This document shows positions 29,851 through 44,711 of a stretch of 64,000 bases of DNA, in pieces. The notes under the pieces were generated by a model. That model worked only from the letters and a program-made list of their open reading frames with translations. It was not told the origin of the DNA and searched no databases. The stretch's first letter is position 1; each line of letters opens with the position of its first letter. Both the position numbers and the translations under genes were made by a program. The DNA comes from the human T2T-CHM13v2.0 reference genome, Homo sapiens, in NCBI RefSeq assembly GCF_009914755.1, contig NC_060946.1. The stretch is one strand, 5' to 3'.

Positions 29851-31552
29851 GGCTCTTAAAAGAGAACCGAGAGCTCTCTGGTTTTCTCCTGGTGTTTTCT
29901 TCCCTGCGCTTTGCCCCCCACCTTTGGCTGGAGGGAAGGAGGAGGGGGCATGGATGCCCCTCGGGCCCTCAGGTGTTGACCCTCCGAGGCCAGGCTGCCC
30001 AGGGGCAGCACAGGAGGTGAGGGCCTGTGGGATGAGGGACCCCCGACAGCACAAGGAGGCAAGCCCCTCGCCGCTGCAATGCTCCGGTCCTGGGGCTCAG
30101 GTGGAAGTTGCTCCTGATCCCCCCACACCCCCAGCACCATCCTGAGTGACTTCCCTTGACCGTCCTGGGTGACCATCCTGAGCAAGACTCCCTGGCCACC
30201 AACTGTCCTGTCGGCTCTGCTTGGGGCAACCACAGTGCCAAGTGAGCCTGGCAGGTGCTGGGTCACAGGACAGCCATGGACAGGGCCTGGGGAGGAGGAG
30301 AAGCTGGGGCCCTGTAGAGCCTGTTCCTTGGGGAGCAGGTGAGGGACCCTGCTGCCTCCCCTATTCCTGTCTGCAACAGGCCCAGCCCATACCTCCAGCT
30401 AGCTTCTCTGCATGCCACTCTCTCCGCCTGAGACAAGGCCTCTGTCCCTGTGACTGGTCTGATCCCTGGGGGGCACTCCTGGGATAGAAACCTACCCCAC
30501 CAGTCGGCGGTGGCAAAGCCCTGGAAACTCACAGACCTGTCCTGGGCCTGGGCCTCCACAAGCCTCCCAGTTTGATCAGGTGCCCCCAACCACAGCAGGG
30601 ACCATCTGTCAGGTCTTACTCCCAGTGGTGGCCAGGTCCCCAGCCTTCCAGAGAGCATTGCTAACTTGCCTCCATCCCTGGGTGCCTATGCTCCCAAAGT
30701 CCTCCTCAGGGGAGCACCCAAGCCGAGAGGGCTGGCCAGCCAGAATCTGAGTGGGTCACCCCACCATGTCCCTGGACTCTCTGGCAGGGCTGTCACAGGG
30801 CAGCCTACAGGCGTCAGTTGGAGCACAGAGGGTGTTTGCAGTGACGGCAGGGGACAGAGTGCCCAGTTGGCTCTAGCCTGTTGCTGCCATGAGGATAAGG
30901 GCTGAGGCTGTTAGAGCTTCTGACTTCAGAAGAAATCCAGATTTGTACATGAAATGTCCAAAATTTGAGCACATTGCAGGACAGAGGAAACACTCTCGGG
31001 TTGAACCCAACCCATGCCCCCACCCCGAGACTGCAACTCCTGTGTACGCCTGAACTGGTTAGTGTTCAAAGAAAGCAGATTTCTTAGTGACCCTGGCCCC
31101 AGCCCAAGATTTGAGCAGGAGACCCCGGGGATCTGGGGAGCAGGGAGGCAGGAGAGTCTGTATCTCATGGACCCAGCACCACAGGGAGGGTCGGCCTCCA
31201 CAGGCATGAACTGTCCAGGTAATTAACACTTGCTCGAGCCCACTTAAAGTTAAAATCTCCCTAAAATGAGGAACCTGACCTGCCCCATCCCCAAACCCTC
31301 TGGGGGACCTTCTATACCCGCCCAGGGTATAATGAAGGAAAGATAGGATGCAGAAAGTGAACCTGAACTTGAACTTTCTTCATGTCCCAGGCAGTAGAGT
31401 CGCAGCATACCAAAAATCCTGGGCTTATAGGGAAGTTCTGCATTGAGGCAGGCCTGCCTCCACCTGCCAGCGCTACCTCATTCTAGCTGGGTAACCTCAC
31501 CTCTCTGGGCCTCAGTTTCCTCACTCATAAAAGGGGCTTAATAAGAGTTCTG

Positions 31553-32028
<476 letters not shown>

Positions 32029-32837
32029 TCAGGAATTTCTCTCCTACATCTCATGTCAACTTTGCATCGCTTACCTCACCACCTTCTGGCACTTGTTTCC
32101 GTACCCTAAAGGAAACAGTCACTGAACACCTCCCCCACACCTATACTCCTGTATGGAGTACTGGGCACAGAGAGAAAAGACGACAAGGTCCTGCCTTAGA
32201 AGCTGCCAGATACCCTGTGCAGTGACACCCTCAGGTGAGCTTCTCTAGGCTAATGCCAGAGAAGGTGTTTCCTGTGCAGCCTTTGTTGAATGCCTCCAGA
32301 GACAGGCAGCTCACCACCTATCTGGCAGTGTGGCTGCAGAAGCCGTAGGACAGAGTCACCCAGGCATCCTTGAGCCTTAACTGGTAGAAAGAGATGTAGG
32401 ACAGGTCCATAGGCAGTGCCCCTGAGTCAGAGGCACCTGGTTTTACTGGAGAAAACACATACCTCATAAGAAACTTCTGAAAATTTGGTGAGGCGTACAG
32501 AAAGATTTCAGTCTCCAGAAAAAGCACTGCAAATGCTCATGCATGTTTTTACAGAACAGAGCCCTGTTTCCTCTTTTTGCCAACAGCCCATTTAGCAATG
32601 CCAGGGCTGTGCCAGTGACCCCACCCACCTCCTAACAAGGCAGCCACTGTCCCGGGGGACAGCCAATATATGCTTTGATTTTTTGAGGTTAATGTCCTTG
32701 GGCCCCTGATTTTGGAAACCCTGGACAAAATATAAGGAGTCACTGCATGGGAAATAAACCTACCCCAGAAAGCTGGCTGCGGCATTCAGGAAACTGGAGA
32801 GAAAAGTCAAGGTGTCCGGAGGCCCAGGGTTCCTCGC

Positions 32838-33033
32838 CAGGATCGGCTATAGAGTTTGCAGGGCCCAGGGTAAGAAGAAAATGTGGCCCCCTGGTTTGAA
32901 AATGCCTGAGAATTACAAGGTGGTGACGATGGTGTGAATTAAAACGAGCTTGGGGCCCTTCCGAATGCAGGGCCTTCCTAAGCTCAGGGCCCTGTGCGGT
33001 GGTATGGGTCACAAACCCACAAAGCCAGCCCTG
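32838..33033 (-). mobile_element. MER45A-like hAT-Tip100 element
   Basis: CAGGATCGGCTATAGAGTTTGCAGGGCCCAG...AAAGCCAGCCCTG termini. Confidence 0.75.
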
Positions 33034-33274
33034 CCCCTCACACGTGTTCGTGCCGCATGCTGAGGCCCAGGGAGGGACCAAAGGCAGCTTCAGTGAAGGA
33101 GTACAACTCCTCGTCTTTGCCATTCTTTTTTTTTTTCTTTAATGCCATCATTGATGTTCCATGCTCATTTTAGAACACTTTGAGTCCTCAGAAAAGAAAA
33201 ACATTTGTCAATCACCTATGAAAGCACACTCAGAGATAGCCACTGGGAAGGCCTCACCCAGCTTCTGTCAAAAC

Positions 33275-33591
<317 letters not shown>

Positions 33592-34040
33592 TGTCAAAAC
33601 ATATTTTAAGCAAAATTAGCATCTTATTAGGTGTATCATTTTATCTTCTGCTTGTTTCATTAATATTTTATCACAATATTTTCCTAAGTCAGAAGATACT
33701 GTCTTGGAAATGAACTTTCATGACTATTTAGCATATTCCACTGGACAGAGGTCCTTAACTAACCCCTTATTATCAGGCACTTGGGTTCTTCCCAGTTATT
33801 TCCAGTTTTCCCCATTGTAGGCAACACTTCCAGGAACATTTGTCTGCACTTTTCTGATTACTTCCTAGCATGATGAAACCCTGCTTTAGTGGTGGGGCTC
33901 CCAGTTAAGTCATTAGGGGTGATATTTTGGCTCCAGAAGACTCTTGGGGTGGTCTCTGAAAAACCCCCTTGGCCAAGTACCTCAGCCCCCATGCCTCATG
34001 CAGTGACAGTCCCACACCACAGCCCTGGCATTGCATCTGA

Positions 34041-34337
<297 letters not shown>

Positions 34338-34985
34338 CCTGACTTTCAAGAGAAAAACCTGACTCTTCCCACAGCTGACTTGATTGGCAGCATAGGCAAA
34401 GACTTGAAGCGAGTTTGGAGCGCTGACTGCCTGCCCTGCACTGGCTGGGTTTATCGCCATCTGTGAGGTGCTACCTTCATCCCCCTGTACAGACAAGGAC
34501 CCCAGGCTCAATAGGCTGAGGCACTGGCCCAGGGACCTCCATGCCACCCTTATTGTGAGGAGGACACATTTGTGACTCTGAAGCAGAAAAGGCCCTTTGT
34601 CCTGCCAAACCATGGGCAGGATTCAGGGGTCTACAATGTGACTGCTCGGGTGGCCTGACCGCTGAGCCTATGAGGCTGGGGTTGGGAGGAGGACACTAGC
34701 CTGGTGCCTACTCACAGGGAGCACTCAACAAACAGCAGCAGGAGGAAGAGGAGAGGATGGGGCAGCAGCAGCAGGAGGGAAGGTTCGAGCCTCCGCAGTG
34801 GAGGGGAGGCTCTGCGGGCGTCTCTCAGCTGGCGAAGGCTCCTGAGAGCAGGGATCAGGTCTGCAGCCCCAGGGCCAGCTCAGTAGGGGAGCAAGGTGTG
34901 TGAACACATCGATGAGGGCCGTGCCTTGTGCCATCCTTCTTCCCCTTCACAGGCAGCTGGGCATGTTGGGGCCAGAGGGGAGGGC

Positions 34986-35432
34986 CTGTTAGTTTCCTGT
35001 GGCAGCCATGTAACAACTTATGGCTGACTCAGTGGCTTAAGCAACGCACATTTATTACCTTACAGTCAAGGGGGTCAGATGTCTGAGGTGGGGTCCCAGA
35101 ACTAAAATCCAGGTGTTGGCAGGGCTGGTTCCTCCTGGAACTCCAGGGGAAAAATCCATCCCTTGCCTTTTCTGGCCTCTGGCGGCACTTGCACTCCTTG
35201 GCTCCTCGTCCCTTCTTCCGTCTTTAAAGCCAGCAGCGTCCCCTTGTTCTGTCTCTGACCACAGCTGGGAAGGAGTCTCTGCTTTTGGGCACACGTGGCT
35301 AATCCAGGCTACCCTCTCACTGCAGATCTTCAACTCAATCACACACCTACAAAGTCCCTTTGGTCTGGGAGGTAACACTTTCCCAGGCTCCAGGGATTAG
35401 GGCTTGGACATCTTGGGGACTTTATTCTGCCC
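34986..35432 (-). mobile_element. MLT1-family MaLR LTR
   Basis: TTAGTTTCCTGTGGC...GGCTTAAGCAAC...TTTATT...GTGTTGGCAGGGCTGGTTCCT matches the reverse complement of MLT1. Confidence 0.85.
35051..35056 (-). terminator. AATAAA poly(A) signal, probably used by PRR34
   Basis: TTTATT on + strand, at the native LTR poly(A) position, ~1.35 kb downstream of the PRR34 stop. Confidence 0.6.
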
Positions 35433-36390
35433 AGGAAAGGTGGTATCAGGGAGGCTGGGCATCTGAACCTCCCCAGGGGACTGAAGGAATGCCTTCAGTG
35501 TCCTCTTCCTCCTCCTCAGCAGCTGTGAATCCAGAATAGAGGCCATCTACAAGGTCACACCTGGAGGGATCTGGGGAAACTGAGGTCACAGAGGTCTTGC
35601 CCAGGACCCCAGGCCAGGCCCTGTGTTTCTTCCACAGATGGCCCCTTCCCCACCACCCTGTAGTGCACTGCCCAGGGGGTGGAAGTGTTTTAGCCTGGAG
35701 GGACACCAGCTTGAGGACTCTGTAGAGCTCTGGGCCTAGGGGGAGGGCGGGCAATGTCATCTATGGGGTGGCTTCCCCACACCAGGGGCAGCTTTATGGA
35801 GGTTACCTTTTCATCCCCCCAAGTCCTGTGGGAAGTGAAGATCTGTTTCCTCATCTCATAGGGTAAGGAAGCTGAGGCCCTCAAAGGGGCAGTGGCTTGT
35901 CCGTGGAGAAGAGTCTGCTCCTTCCGACAAGCCTGTGGCTGGTGGTGAAGCAGGTGTGAATGGTCTGTCCCATGAGCAGGAGGGTGGGTGTGCGGCGATG
36001 TCGGCGTGGTCTCCGCAGAGCTCTGTGCACAGGCCTGTGCATCTGCTGACAGGCAGCTGAGAAGGCTTGCAGTCACATCGCTGATGGTAAAGCTGTAGCA
36101 ACAGGCTCAGAGAGGTGTGTTAGCTTTCCCAGAGACACACAGCTCTCTGGAAGAGTGCCATCCTCTGAGCTCCATCGCCTGGTGCTTTGCATCCCTTGCC
36201 CCAAGGGCACACGTAGAAGCAGAGTTCCTTGGGGTTGGATCTGTGGGGTGGTTTGTGAGGGGGACTGTGTCATCCACTGTGGAAAAGACTTAGCTGCCTC
36301 TCTGTAAAACATTTTTGCCTGACGTGAGTTCTCTCCCTTGACCGGGGGCCAGCACAGTACATAGTAGGGTGGTTAAGAGCCCTGGGTTTG

Positions 36391-36739
<349 letters not shown>

Positions 36740-37949
36740 TCAGGTATGCTCCTGAACTCTCTATGCCTGAGTTCCCCCAGCTGTAAAGGAGGGGGTGATA
36801 ATAATGCTGCCCAGACCCCAGAGGACCCCTAGGAGGCTCTTGCTGGGCAGCTGGTCCTGCCCCAGAGCCCTCCCACTCCACACACCCCTGCATACGCTCA
36901 AGGGCAGATGGGCCCCCCACAACCAAGCCAGGCCTGGTGGCCCTAGGACACTCTTGGCCACAAGAATTCAGATTATTTTCTCAGCAAATTTCTGACCAGT
37001 GTCCTGGGGCCTCAGCAGGGGCAGGGCTGCATGGTCCTGGGTCTATCTGGACTTGTTCTGGCTCAGACCTCAGCCCACCACAAGGACAACGAGTCTGGGA
37101 ACTCGGGCAGGCTCTCTGCCAACCAGGAGCTGCTCTTGCTCGCCGGGACCCCACAGGGCAGGAATAGTGGGCATTCGTATCATTCCCATTTTGCAACCAG
37201 GCAGACCGAGGCCCAGAGAGGCCAGATAACCTGCCTCAGGCCACACAAATGGCAAACAATAAGGCCAAACCTTGGTGATGGCCAGACTCTAAATCCGGGG
37301 CCACTTCTTGCCTTAGGAATATAGTCTTTCCTGGCACTCACTTAGCCAAAAATCTTTCTAGAAGGGTGGCAGGCCTTCCTGCCCCACTCCCGGAACAGGC
37401 CGGCTGCTTTCAGGGCCAGAAGAGCCAGCCCTTTGGAGGAGGAGGCTTGTGAGAGTGGGGATGGGCCGCAGAGCCTCCCCAGGCAGGGCAGCGTTGCAGC
37501 TTGCATGTGGCAGGGATGTGGGGTGAAGCTGTGCAGGGCAAAAGACAGGTCAGTTCCCGCTGGAAGTGCCCCACTGGGGGGCCTCGGTGTGTCTCTTTCC
37601 CCAGCACTGGCATGGCACATTTTGACCTGAGCAATGGTGAGCTGCCCGGAATACGAACAGGAGGAAGAGAACCTTCCCCAGGCAGCATGTGAGGCTGGGG
37701 TGGCACTCGACACAGGACAGCAGGCAAGGACATGCCGCCCTCCAGGCTGAGGGTCTTGGGAGCCTCCCCTCCCAGCCCCTGCTGTGGCCTCCCCCTGGGC
37801 CCTGGCATGGGAGGAGTTAAGCTGCCGCGGGCACCTTGGCACATTGCGCTGCCCAGAGTGTCCGGCTCCCCACCCCCACTGCTTTTCTTCCTTTTTGCCT
37901 TTTTCCTTCTTAATTAATCATACGCTGCTGCCCAATTTAAATATGGAAA

Positions 37950-39150
37950 TGCCCAGGCCGAGGCGATGCAATTATTCATGAGGGCCGGGCGGCTGTCCGG
38001 GGCTCTCGGGCTGTGGGGAGTACCGTGGCATCGCCTCCGTTCTGATGTGTGTGAAATTATGTGCACAAAAGGCGCCTCCTTATCTGGGAGTGTGAACTAA
38101 ATAAATAAATAAGGGCTTTTGTTTGTTTGCCGGCTCCTGCACATGGCTGCTGGGACTCAAGCGCTCGTGTTGTCTGCGCCTCTGTGGGACTCTGGGGACG
38201 GGAGGCAGGGGAGGCCCCCGCAGGCCGGCCAGGGGCTGGGGGCTGGGGGCCGGGGGCCGGCCGCCGGGCACCTGGGGCCCTCTCCCTCCCCAGGCACCAC
38301 CCTCACCCCGCAGCTCCCCCCCATACACACCCTCGCTGGAAAGTTCGCCCTGCCCGGGCTGGGCTCCCAGGCAGCCTGGCACCGTGCCAGGCTCGCCGCC
38401 GAGCTCGGGCAGCAGGGTGGGGCAAACGCGGAGCACGGAGGACGGGGCCGGGCGACCTGGGCACCAGCAGGACCCGAGGCCAGGAGCCAGGGGCCCAGAA
38501 GGTGAGGGCACCCCGGGTGGGCGCAGGGTGGGCGCTCTGTGGGCAACGGGCCCTGCGGCCGGGCCCAGGAGCAGGCCTCGTTGCGGGGTTGAGGGGGGAG
38601 GTTGGAGCGGAGGCTGGCAGAGGAGGCAGGCACAAAGGAGGGCAGTGCCAGGCAGCTGTGGCCGACGCAGGCATCGCTGCCCGCCTGCCCCTAGCCGGCC
38701 TCCCCGCCGAGGGGAGGACGCGTGTGCAGGGGCCCGGGCAGGAGCGGCAGACACCGAGCCGCGGCCACAGGGCCAGCCGCACAGTCGGAGGAAGGGCCGG
38801 AGCGAGGCGGGGCCCGGGGCTGTCAAGGAGAAAAACATCCCAAGGCCTGCAAATTGCTGCTCTCAGCTTTTTTCCCCCCTCCTCCTGCTTCGCGGGGTGG
38901 GGGGGTTGGGGGGGGGTGGTGGGGGGAGAAAGCAGCGCTTCCTCTGGAGGCGGATGCAAAAAGGATGCAGAATTTTAACCATCTCCTGCACCGGCCTGTC
39001 CTTCCTGAGCAGGGTTTGGGCCCAGGCCTGGCGCCGTGGCTCCCTGGGAAGGGAAAGGCCAGAGCAGCCGATGCCGGTTCTGGGGGACGCCGGAAAGCCC
39101 AGCCTCCTCTGCACCTCCATCCAGAACCGGGGGCCCCGCAGCACCTGCAG
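37950..39150. promoter_or_regulatory. CpG island 4 (PRR34 / PRR34-AS1 overlapping promoters)
   Basis: High CpG density; G-tract clusters at 38232 and 38894. Confidence 0.9.
38331..38674 (-). CDS. PRR34: PRR34 (C22orf26) coding exon 1; putative 138-aa proline-rich protein, coding status doubtful
   Basis: MPASATAAWHCPPLCLPPLP...RTFQRG; donor GG|GTGTGT at 38330; 344+73 nt = 139 codons including stop. Confidence 0.85.
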
Positions 39151-39574
39151 CAGGGGTGGAGGGTGGGAGGCAGAAGGGGCCTGGTGCTCTCGGAGGCTGC
39201 ACCTCACGGTACCAGTCGCTACCCAGAGCAGCACGCCTGTTTGCTGGCCTGCTCTTGGGTGTTAAACATGGTGTCCAGGTCCCCGGTTGGAGACCCCAGC
39301 CCTGTACCGGGTGAGGGTCTTAGCTCCCACTGACTTGGGGCCTTCAACCACACTGGCATCCCAGGCCTTCCTCCTGACTGACTTCTGTTTTAAAAATAAT
39401 GTGGAACGTTTTCTGGCATCTGGTGAGGGATTCACACACTGTTTACTGAGGGCAGGACTTAAGGAATGAGTTCAGAAGGTATCTGGTCACTGGACAAACG
39501 GCAGGCAAGCCCCCTGTGCTCCTCGCTGGGTGAGACTCAGGGGCATGGGTTTGGGCATGGGAGCTCAGAGGGAT

Positions 39575-39815
39575 GGTCTGGGCCCACAAGCCCACGAGGC
39601 ATAGAGCCTAGGGCCCATGAAATGTTTTCATTTTAATTTCTTTTAAAATCAGAAGAAAAAATGACTATAAAAATAATGAATATACGACAATGAATTCGAC
39701 CTGGTTTTATTGGCCTTTAGTCTGATGTAGTCATAAAATAGAATTTTTAGTATTTATGGAGGAAGGGAACCAGGAAGCCAAAAGTGCCCCGGCCCATGGA
39801 AGGCGGGTGTGGCCT
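39575..39815 (+). mobile_element. ORSL-like hAT-Tip100 element
   Basis: CCTAGGGCCCATGAAATGTTTTCATTTTAATTTCTTTTAAAATCAGAAGAAAAA...TATGGAGGAAGGG. Confidence 0.7.
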
Positions 39816-40229
39816 GGGTTGGTCCTGTCTGTCCCAGGACAAAGGGTCAGATGTCTGGGTCCAGGGGGGGTTTGGAGGGCATCTGGGTGCCCTGTGAATC
39901 TGGCTTCCACGAAGGCTAGCTGGGACAGGTTGCTCCAGCCTGCGGTGGACAGGAGCCAGGGCTGTGTATGTCTGTGCGTGTCCGTGTATGTGCACGTGGG
40001 TGTGCAGGCATACTCGTGTGCATGCCAGTGTTTGACAAAGGATTCCTAGACACCTGCGTGTGTAAGTCCCAATTCTCAAAACGGGGAATGCAAGGCCAGG
40101 GTCAGGAGACAGTGTGGCTGCAAGGGCCTGGTATTCCTGACAATGATGGGTAGGGAGTGCCATTGTCTCCCTAGGAGAAAGCAGCCTTCAAGGTCCCAGC
40201 ACCCCCAAACCCACGAGCTCACACAAAAC

Positions 40230-40490
40230 AACGCGAGCCACAAATGCAAGCCACATCTGTCATTTAACACCTTCTAATAGCCACATTTTCAGAAAGTGAA
40301 AATAAGCGGGTAAGATTCACTTTAGTACTAAAATTCATTTTAATCTAATATAAATTTCCAAAATCCTATTTCAGTGTGTTGCTCGTATGAAACTGTGAAC
40401 GGGATATTTTGCCATTTTTTCCATATTCGATTTGGCCTCTCCCCATTTCAATGGCTCCTTTGCTGCGTGTGGAGCAGCTACCACGGCGGT
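40230..40490. mobile_element. MER33-like hAT-Charlie fragment
   Basis: GCAAGCCACAT...TCTAATAGCCACATT...CATTTCAA pattern. Confidence 0.65.
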
Positions 40491-43400
40491 CACGTAGGTT
40501 TAGTAGGTCCCTGTGCCCCCCACTTCCCCACCCAGAGTAGGGGAGACTGGTTTTCTGCTTCTTTTTTGCTGGTGGCCCTTCCTGGCCAGGGAAAGGGATA
40601 CTTCCACTGGCTCATCAGCCCCCAGCAACCCTGAGAGCTGAAAGAATGGATGTTGGGGCTGCAGGTTCCAGAATGAGGGGGGCTGCTGGAAAGGGTTCTT
40701 CGGCTGTGCTCCCAGACGCCAGGGGACGACACAAAGGGCTGACTTCAGACTCACAATAGTGGGGCGGTTAGTCACAGTGCCAGGGCAGCGGGCAAGCAGA
40801 CAGAGCCCCCTGTGTCTGTGCCTGGTCGGGCTGGGCCCTGCAGCCCCCATTTCCCCAGCTGGCTTCCCACCCCACCCCTGCCCGCTCCCCACATTAACCC
40901 CCTGCCGCCTGCTGCCTACCTGGCAGCCTGGCCGGGGCTCCCTTGGCCAGGACTGGTTTCCACCAGCCACCCTGGCCAGAGGCGTGCTCCTTCTAGAAGC
41001 CGGGCTCAAGCCTGCATGATTTCATGGGCCTGTCTCGGGAAGCAGGCATTGGAACAGCTCCGTCACCGTGGCCGGGCAGCGTCCACGCAGCCTGAAAGGG
41101 GAGATTTTCATATTAGTTTAGAGGCTCCTCACTTAAAGATTTCATCAGCATTTGCGAGTGTTCGCCATTCAAGGACTGTGCATTTCTGGAAACAATGAAA
41201 AGCCAAAACTGTGAAAAATTAAGGAGTGGCCCTGAAGCTGGTGTCTGTAACTGCACATTTTAAAGTGAACAGACTGATATAAATATTTTAATCCTGTGCC
41301 TAGATAGATGGATAAGATAAAATAAATTAGTCATGTTCTGGCCCAGTCTGGAGACTATCTGAAAGCAAGACAAATGTCAGCATTTGCTGTTTAGGGGTTA
41401 CAATTAAAATCTCTCCTTCTAGATTGAGCTTCTAGAGCCTCAGAGATGGAATTCGCCGTTTTGCCGCGATTTGGCGTTAACTTATTGACCCATGGGGAGG
41501 AGGGTCACTTCCCGTGAAAAGGTATAAAATGAAGTTGTCAGTCTCTCTTTTTAATTAAAAAAAAAAAAAATCTCTGCAAAGATTCTGCATTCTGGCTTCT
41601 CTTTGCTAAATTAAAGTGGCATGTGTTTTTATTTTAGAAGGCAGAGATGTTTTGCTGTGCCCAGTGTGAGGAAGCGAAGGAAAAGAAAGATCTTTTGAAA
41701 ATGTGTACATCTACTTGCAGCTTGAAAATTCCAAGTGCCAGACATTTTTCTTGGAGGAAATAAATGTCTTCAATTTATTCATCTTACCTGTTGATTATGT
41801 TCTGTAATGATTTATTTTATAATTTAATCCTTGTCTAGAACCGAGGCCATCTTTGGAAAGTAAAAGACCTAGGTCTCTTTGGTCCAGGAGACATTGTGGC
41901 CCTCTCTTAAAATCATTGACTGCCGAGATCTGGGCCCAGGCGGCTCTCGGACTGAACCGGTCTGTGCTAGGCAGCCTGGCCCACTCGGCCTTCAAAACAC
42001 AAGGGATGGGAGACATATGCTCGGCTCACATCGTTTTGTTTTGATTTATTTTAAACTGCTTAAGATGATTTTAGCACAAGGAGTGGTGTATCTTACTTGC
42101 ATTCTGAGAGCCACTGGATTTGCAAGCTAGAGTACAATTTTTTTTTTAATCCAAATTTAGAAATTGCCTTTTAGAGTAGACAACAGCATGCTACTTTGCC
42201 TTTTAACTCACTTTTAAAGAACGATTCTTAAGATCAAGTACATTGAATTTGGAGATTGGTCCCCCTCCGTTATTAGGGGCTGGAAATGGCCCACTTTTCA
42301 AAAATAAGGTCAGAAAAGGGGTGTTTCTGACCTAAGAGTTCTTCCAGGCTGGGCTCGTACCACAGAGATTCTTCCACACCCATGTCCTGAGTCCTTGTCC
42401 TACACACAATTTTTTCTTCCAAGGAGAAGGAGTGTGGCATTCAGTTCCAGTGTCATCGTGTGGAAAAGAGTCCCTGCCTGGCTGAGAAACTGTCACAGGC
42501 AGCCGGGCCACTTCCCAGCATGACCCACAAGCCCGATGGTGCCCCTCGAATGGTTAAGGGACCCGTACAGATACCATTCTTTTAAAGCAAGCCAATGCAA
42601 TCTTCACGAATTGCAGTTCCACCCTGGCTGCTGGTACTAACTCTAATAATGGAAAAAAATTTAAAAGATTGGGGACAACAGGAAACACATTGGATCCCCA
42701 GGGGAAACGGCCTGGAAGCTACAGTAGAGACATGGGTGACCCAAGGGCTCTGTTCAAGTCCTGGGGCTGTTCCCTTTATTCCTCCAAGCCTCAGCTCCCC
42801 GGATTTAAAGTGAGAACAGCACCCAGCCCAGCCCACTGTCAAGGGCTGTTGCAGGAATATGACAACAGCCACCAATATTTGCATAGCAGAGATGCCCAGT
42901 TTCGTTTTCTATTTGAAAGTTTCTCTGAAGGGGGATGTGCTAGAGACACGAGAACAACTGCTACCATCTTAATAACTTTTCTGGCAATACACGACGATGA
43001 TTGTTTATGTTAATCTCATAACTATTAACAATAATTCATTTCATTCTCATAATGAATTATATCTATTTGACTTATAATAAATAGAATCATATCAGTAATA
43101 TAGTCCTTTTCTGATCATGAAAGCAACATATGCTCACTATAGAAAATTTGGAAAATACAGAAAAATGCACATAAGGGAAAAATTATTCATCCTTTCTCCC
43201 ACGCAGAGACAAGCTCTGGTCACATTTTCCTGTGTTTCCTTCCAGGCTCTGCTCTCTGCCGAGCGGCTTTCATCAATTCTCCTAGCATCTATTTTCAGAT
43301 AACTCCGTGGGCTTTTGTGATTGGTCCTCCTTGTCGCCTTGGCCCCTCTGGTCCTCAGTGGCAGTTCTTTCTCTCTTGCTGCCTCCTTCAGGAGGGCCCG

Positions 43401-44311
43401 GCTCAGGGTCTGGGTGTTCAGGGAGAAGACCTCAGGCTCCACGGCACCCAGCCTCCTTGTCCTGCTGTGCTGGGAGCCCGGTTGGGGCAGCCCAGATACA
43501 CGGCCAGCACAGCCCCACGGCAAAGCCAGGCCTGCAGGTGGGCTCAGGGCATCAGGGAGCCGGAGTGAGTGGCATGAAACCCATTATCTCGCAGGGCCCG
43601 AGCTGTGGAGGTGAGCGCGCTAGGCCTTCCCATGCAGGAGAGGGCTGGGAGGTGGGAAGATGCAGGCAGGCTGTCCCCGACAGAAAACCCAGGAACACTG
43701 CAGCACGGATTGGGAGGGGGGCGCTGAGAGAGTGTAAAAAGCAGCTTCAATGCTTGAATTCTAAGCAAAGAAAGATGCTTGGGCCAAATCAAACCGCTTC
43801 TTAGACGTGCAAAGTTTCATCGGAACTGTTGGGATAATGTTTCCAAGGTGTTCAGCTTTATGGCCCTGACTTACACCCGCCGCGTGGTTGGGGGTTAGTG
43901 CCAAGTGGCTTGGTAGGCAGAAATCCACCAGAACTTCAGTGCAAGGGCACAATCCCCCAATAGCATGTCACAATCATGCATGTGCCTTGGCCGACCCCAC
44001 AAGTCCATCAGGAAAAAGTTCCACAGAACCAGGCCTCTGGAGGGGGAACCACACAGACCTCCCTATTGCCTTCTGAGTAACTGATCCAAAGGCATTTCTA
44101 GAATAGCCGGGTACGTTCATGATAGGAGAAATGAAGTCTATGGGGTCTACCTTTACCCGCTTAGAATAATGCAGTGGCCTCAACGTCTTAACAATAGATC
44201 ATTTGAGATTTATTAATAACCCAAGTTGCAGACAAACTTCATAGGCAAGATCATAGGTTGCAGTGTTCACTACAGTATACAAATATTAGCAAGACATGAC
44301 ATAGGGAATCA

Positions 44312-44711
<400 letters not shown>

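Larger units (their letters stand above)
38420..43100 (+). ncRNA. PRR34-AS1: lncRNA PRR34-AS1: exon 1 ends 38501, exon 2 41423-41521, alternative last exons from 41638/41641 or 42348
   Basis: Donors AAG|GTGAGG (38502) and AAG|GTATAA (41522); acceptors CTCTCCTTCTAG, TTTTATTTTAG|AAG and TTCTTCCAG; AATAAA at 41759 and 43076; TSS approximate. Confidence 0.7.

Noticed and set aside
38123-39333. 380-, 283- and 203-aa + strand ORFs over island 4
   Set aside because: GC-driven open frames with non-ATG starts; they cross the PRR34-AS1 donor
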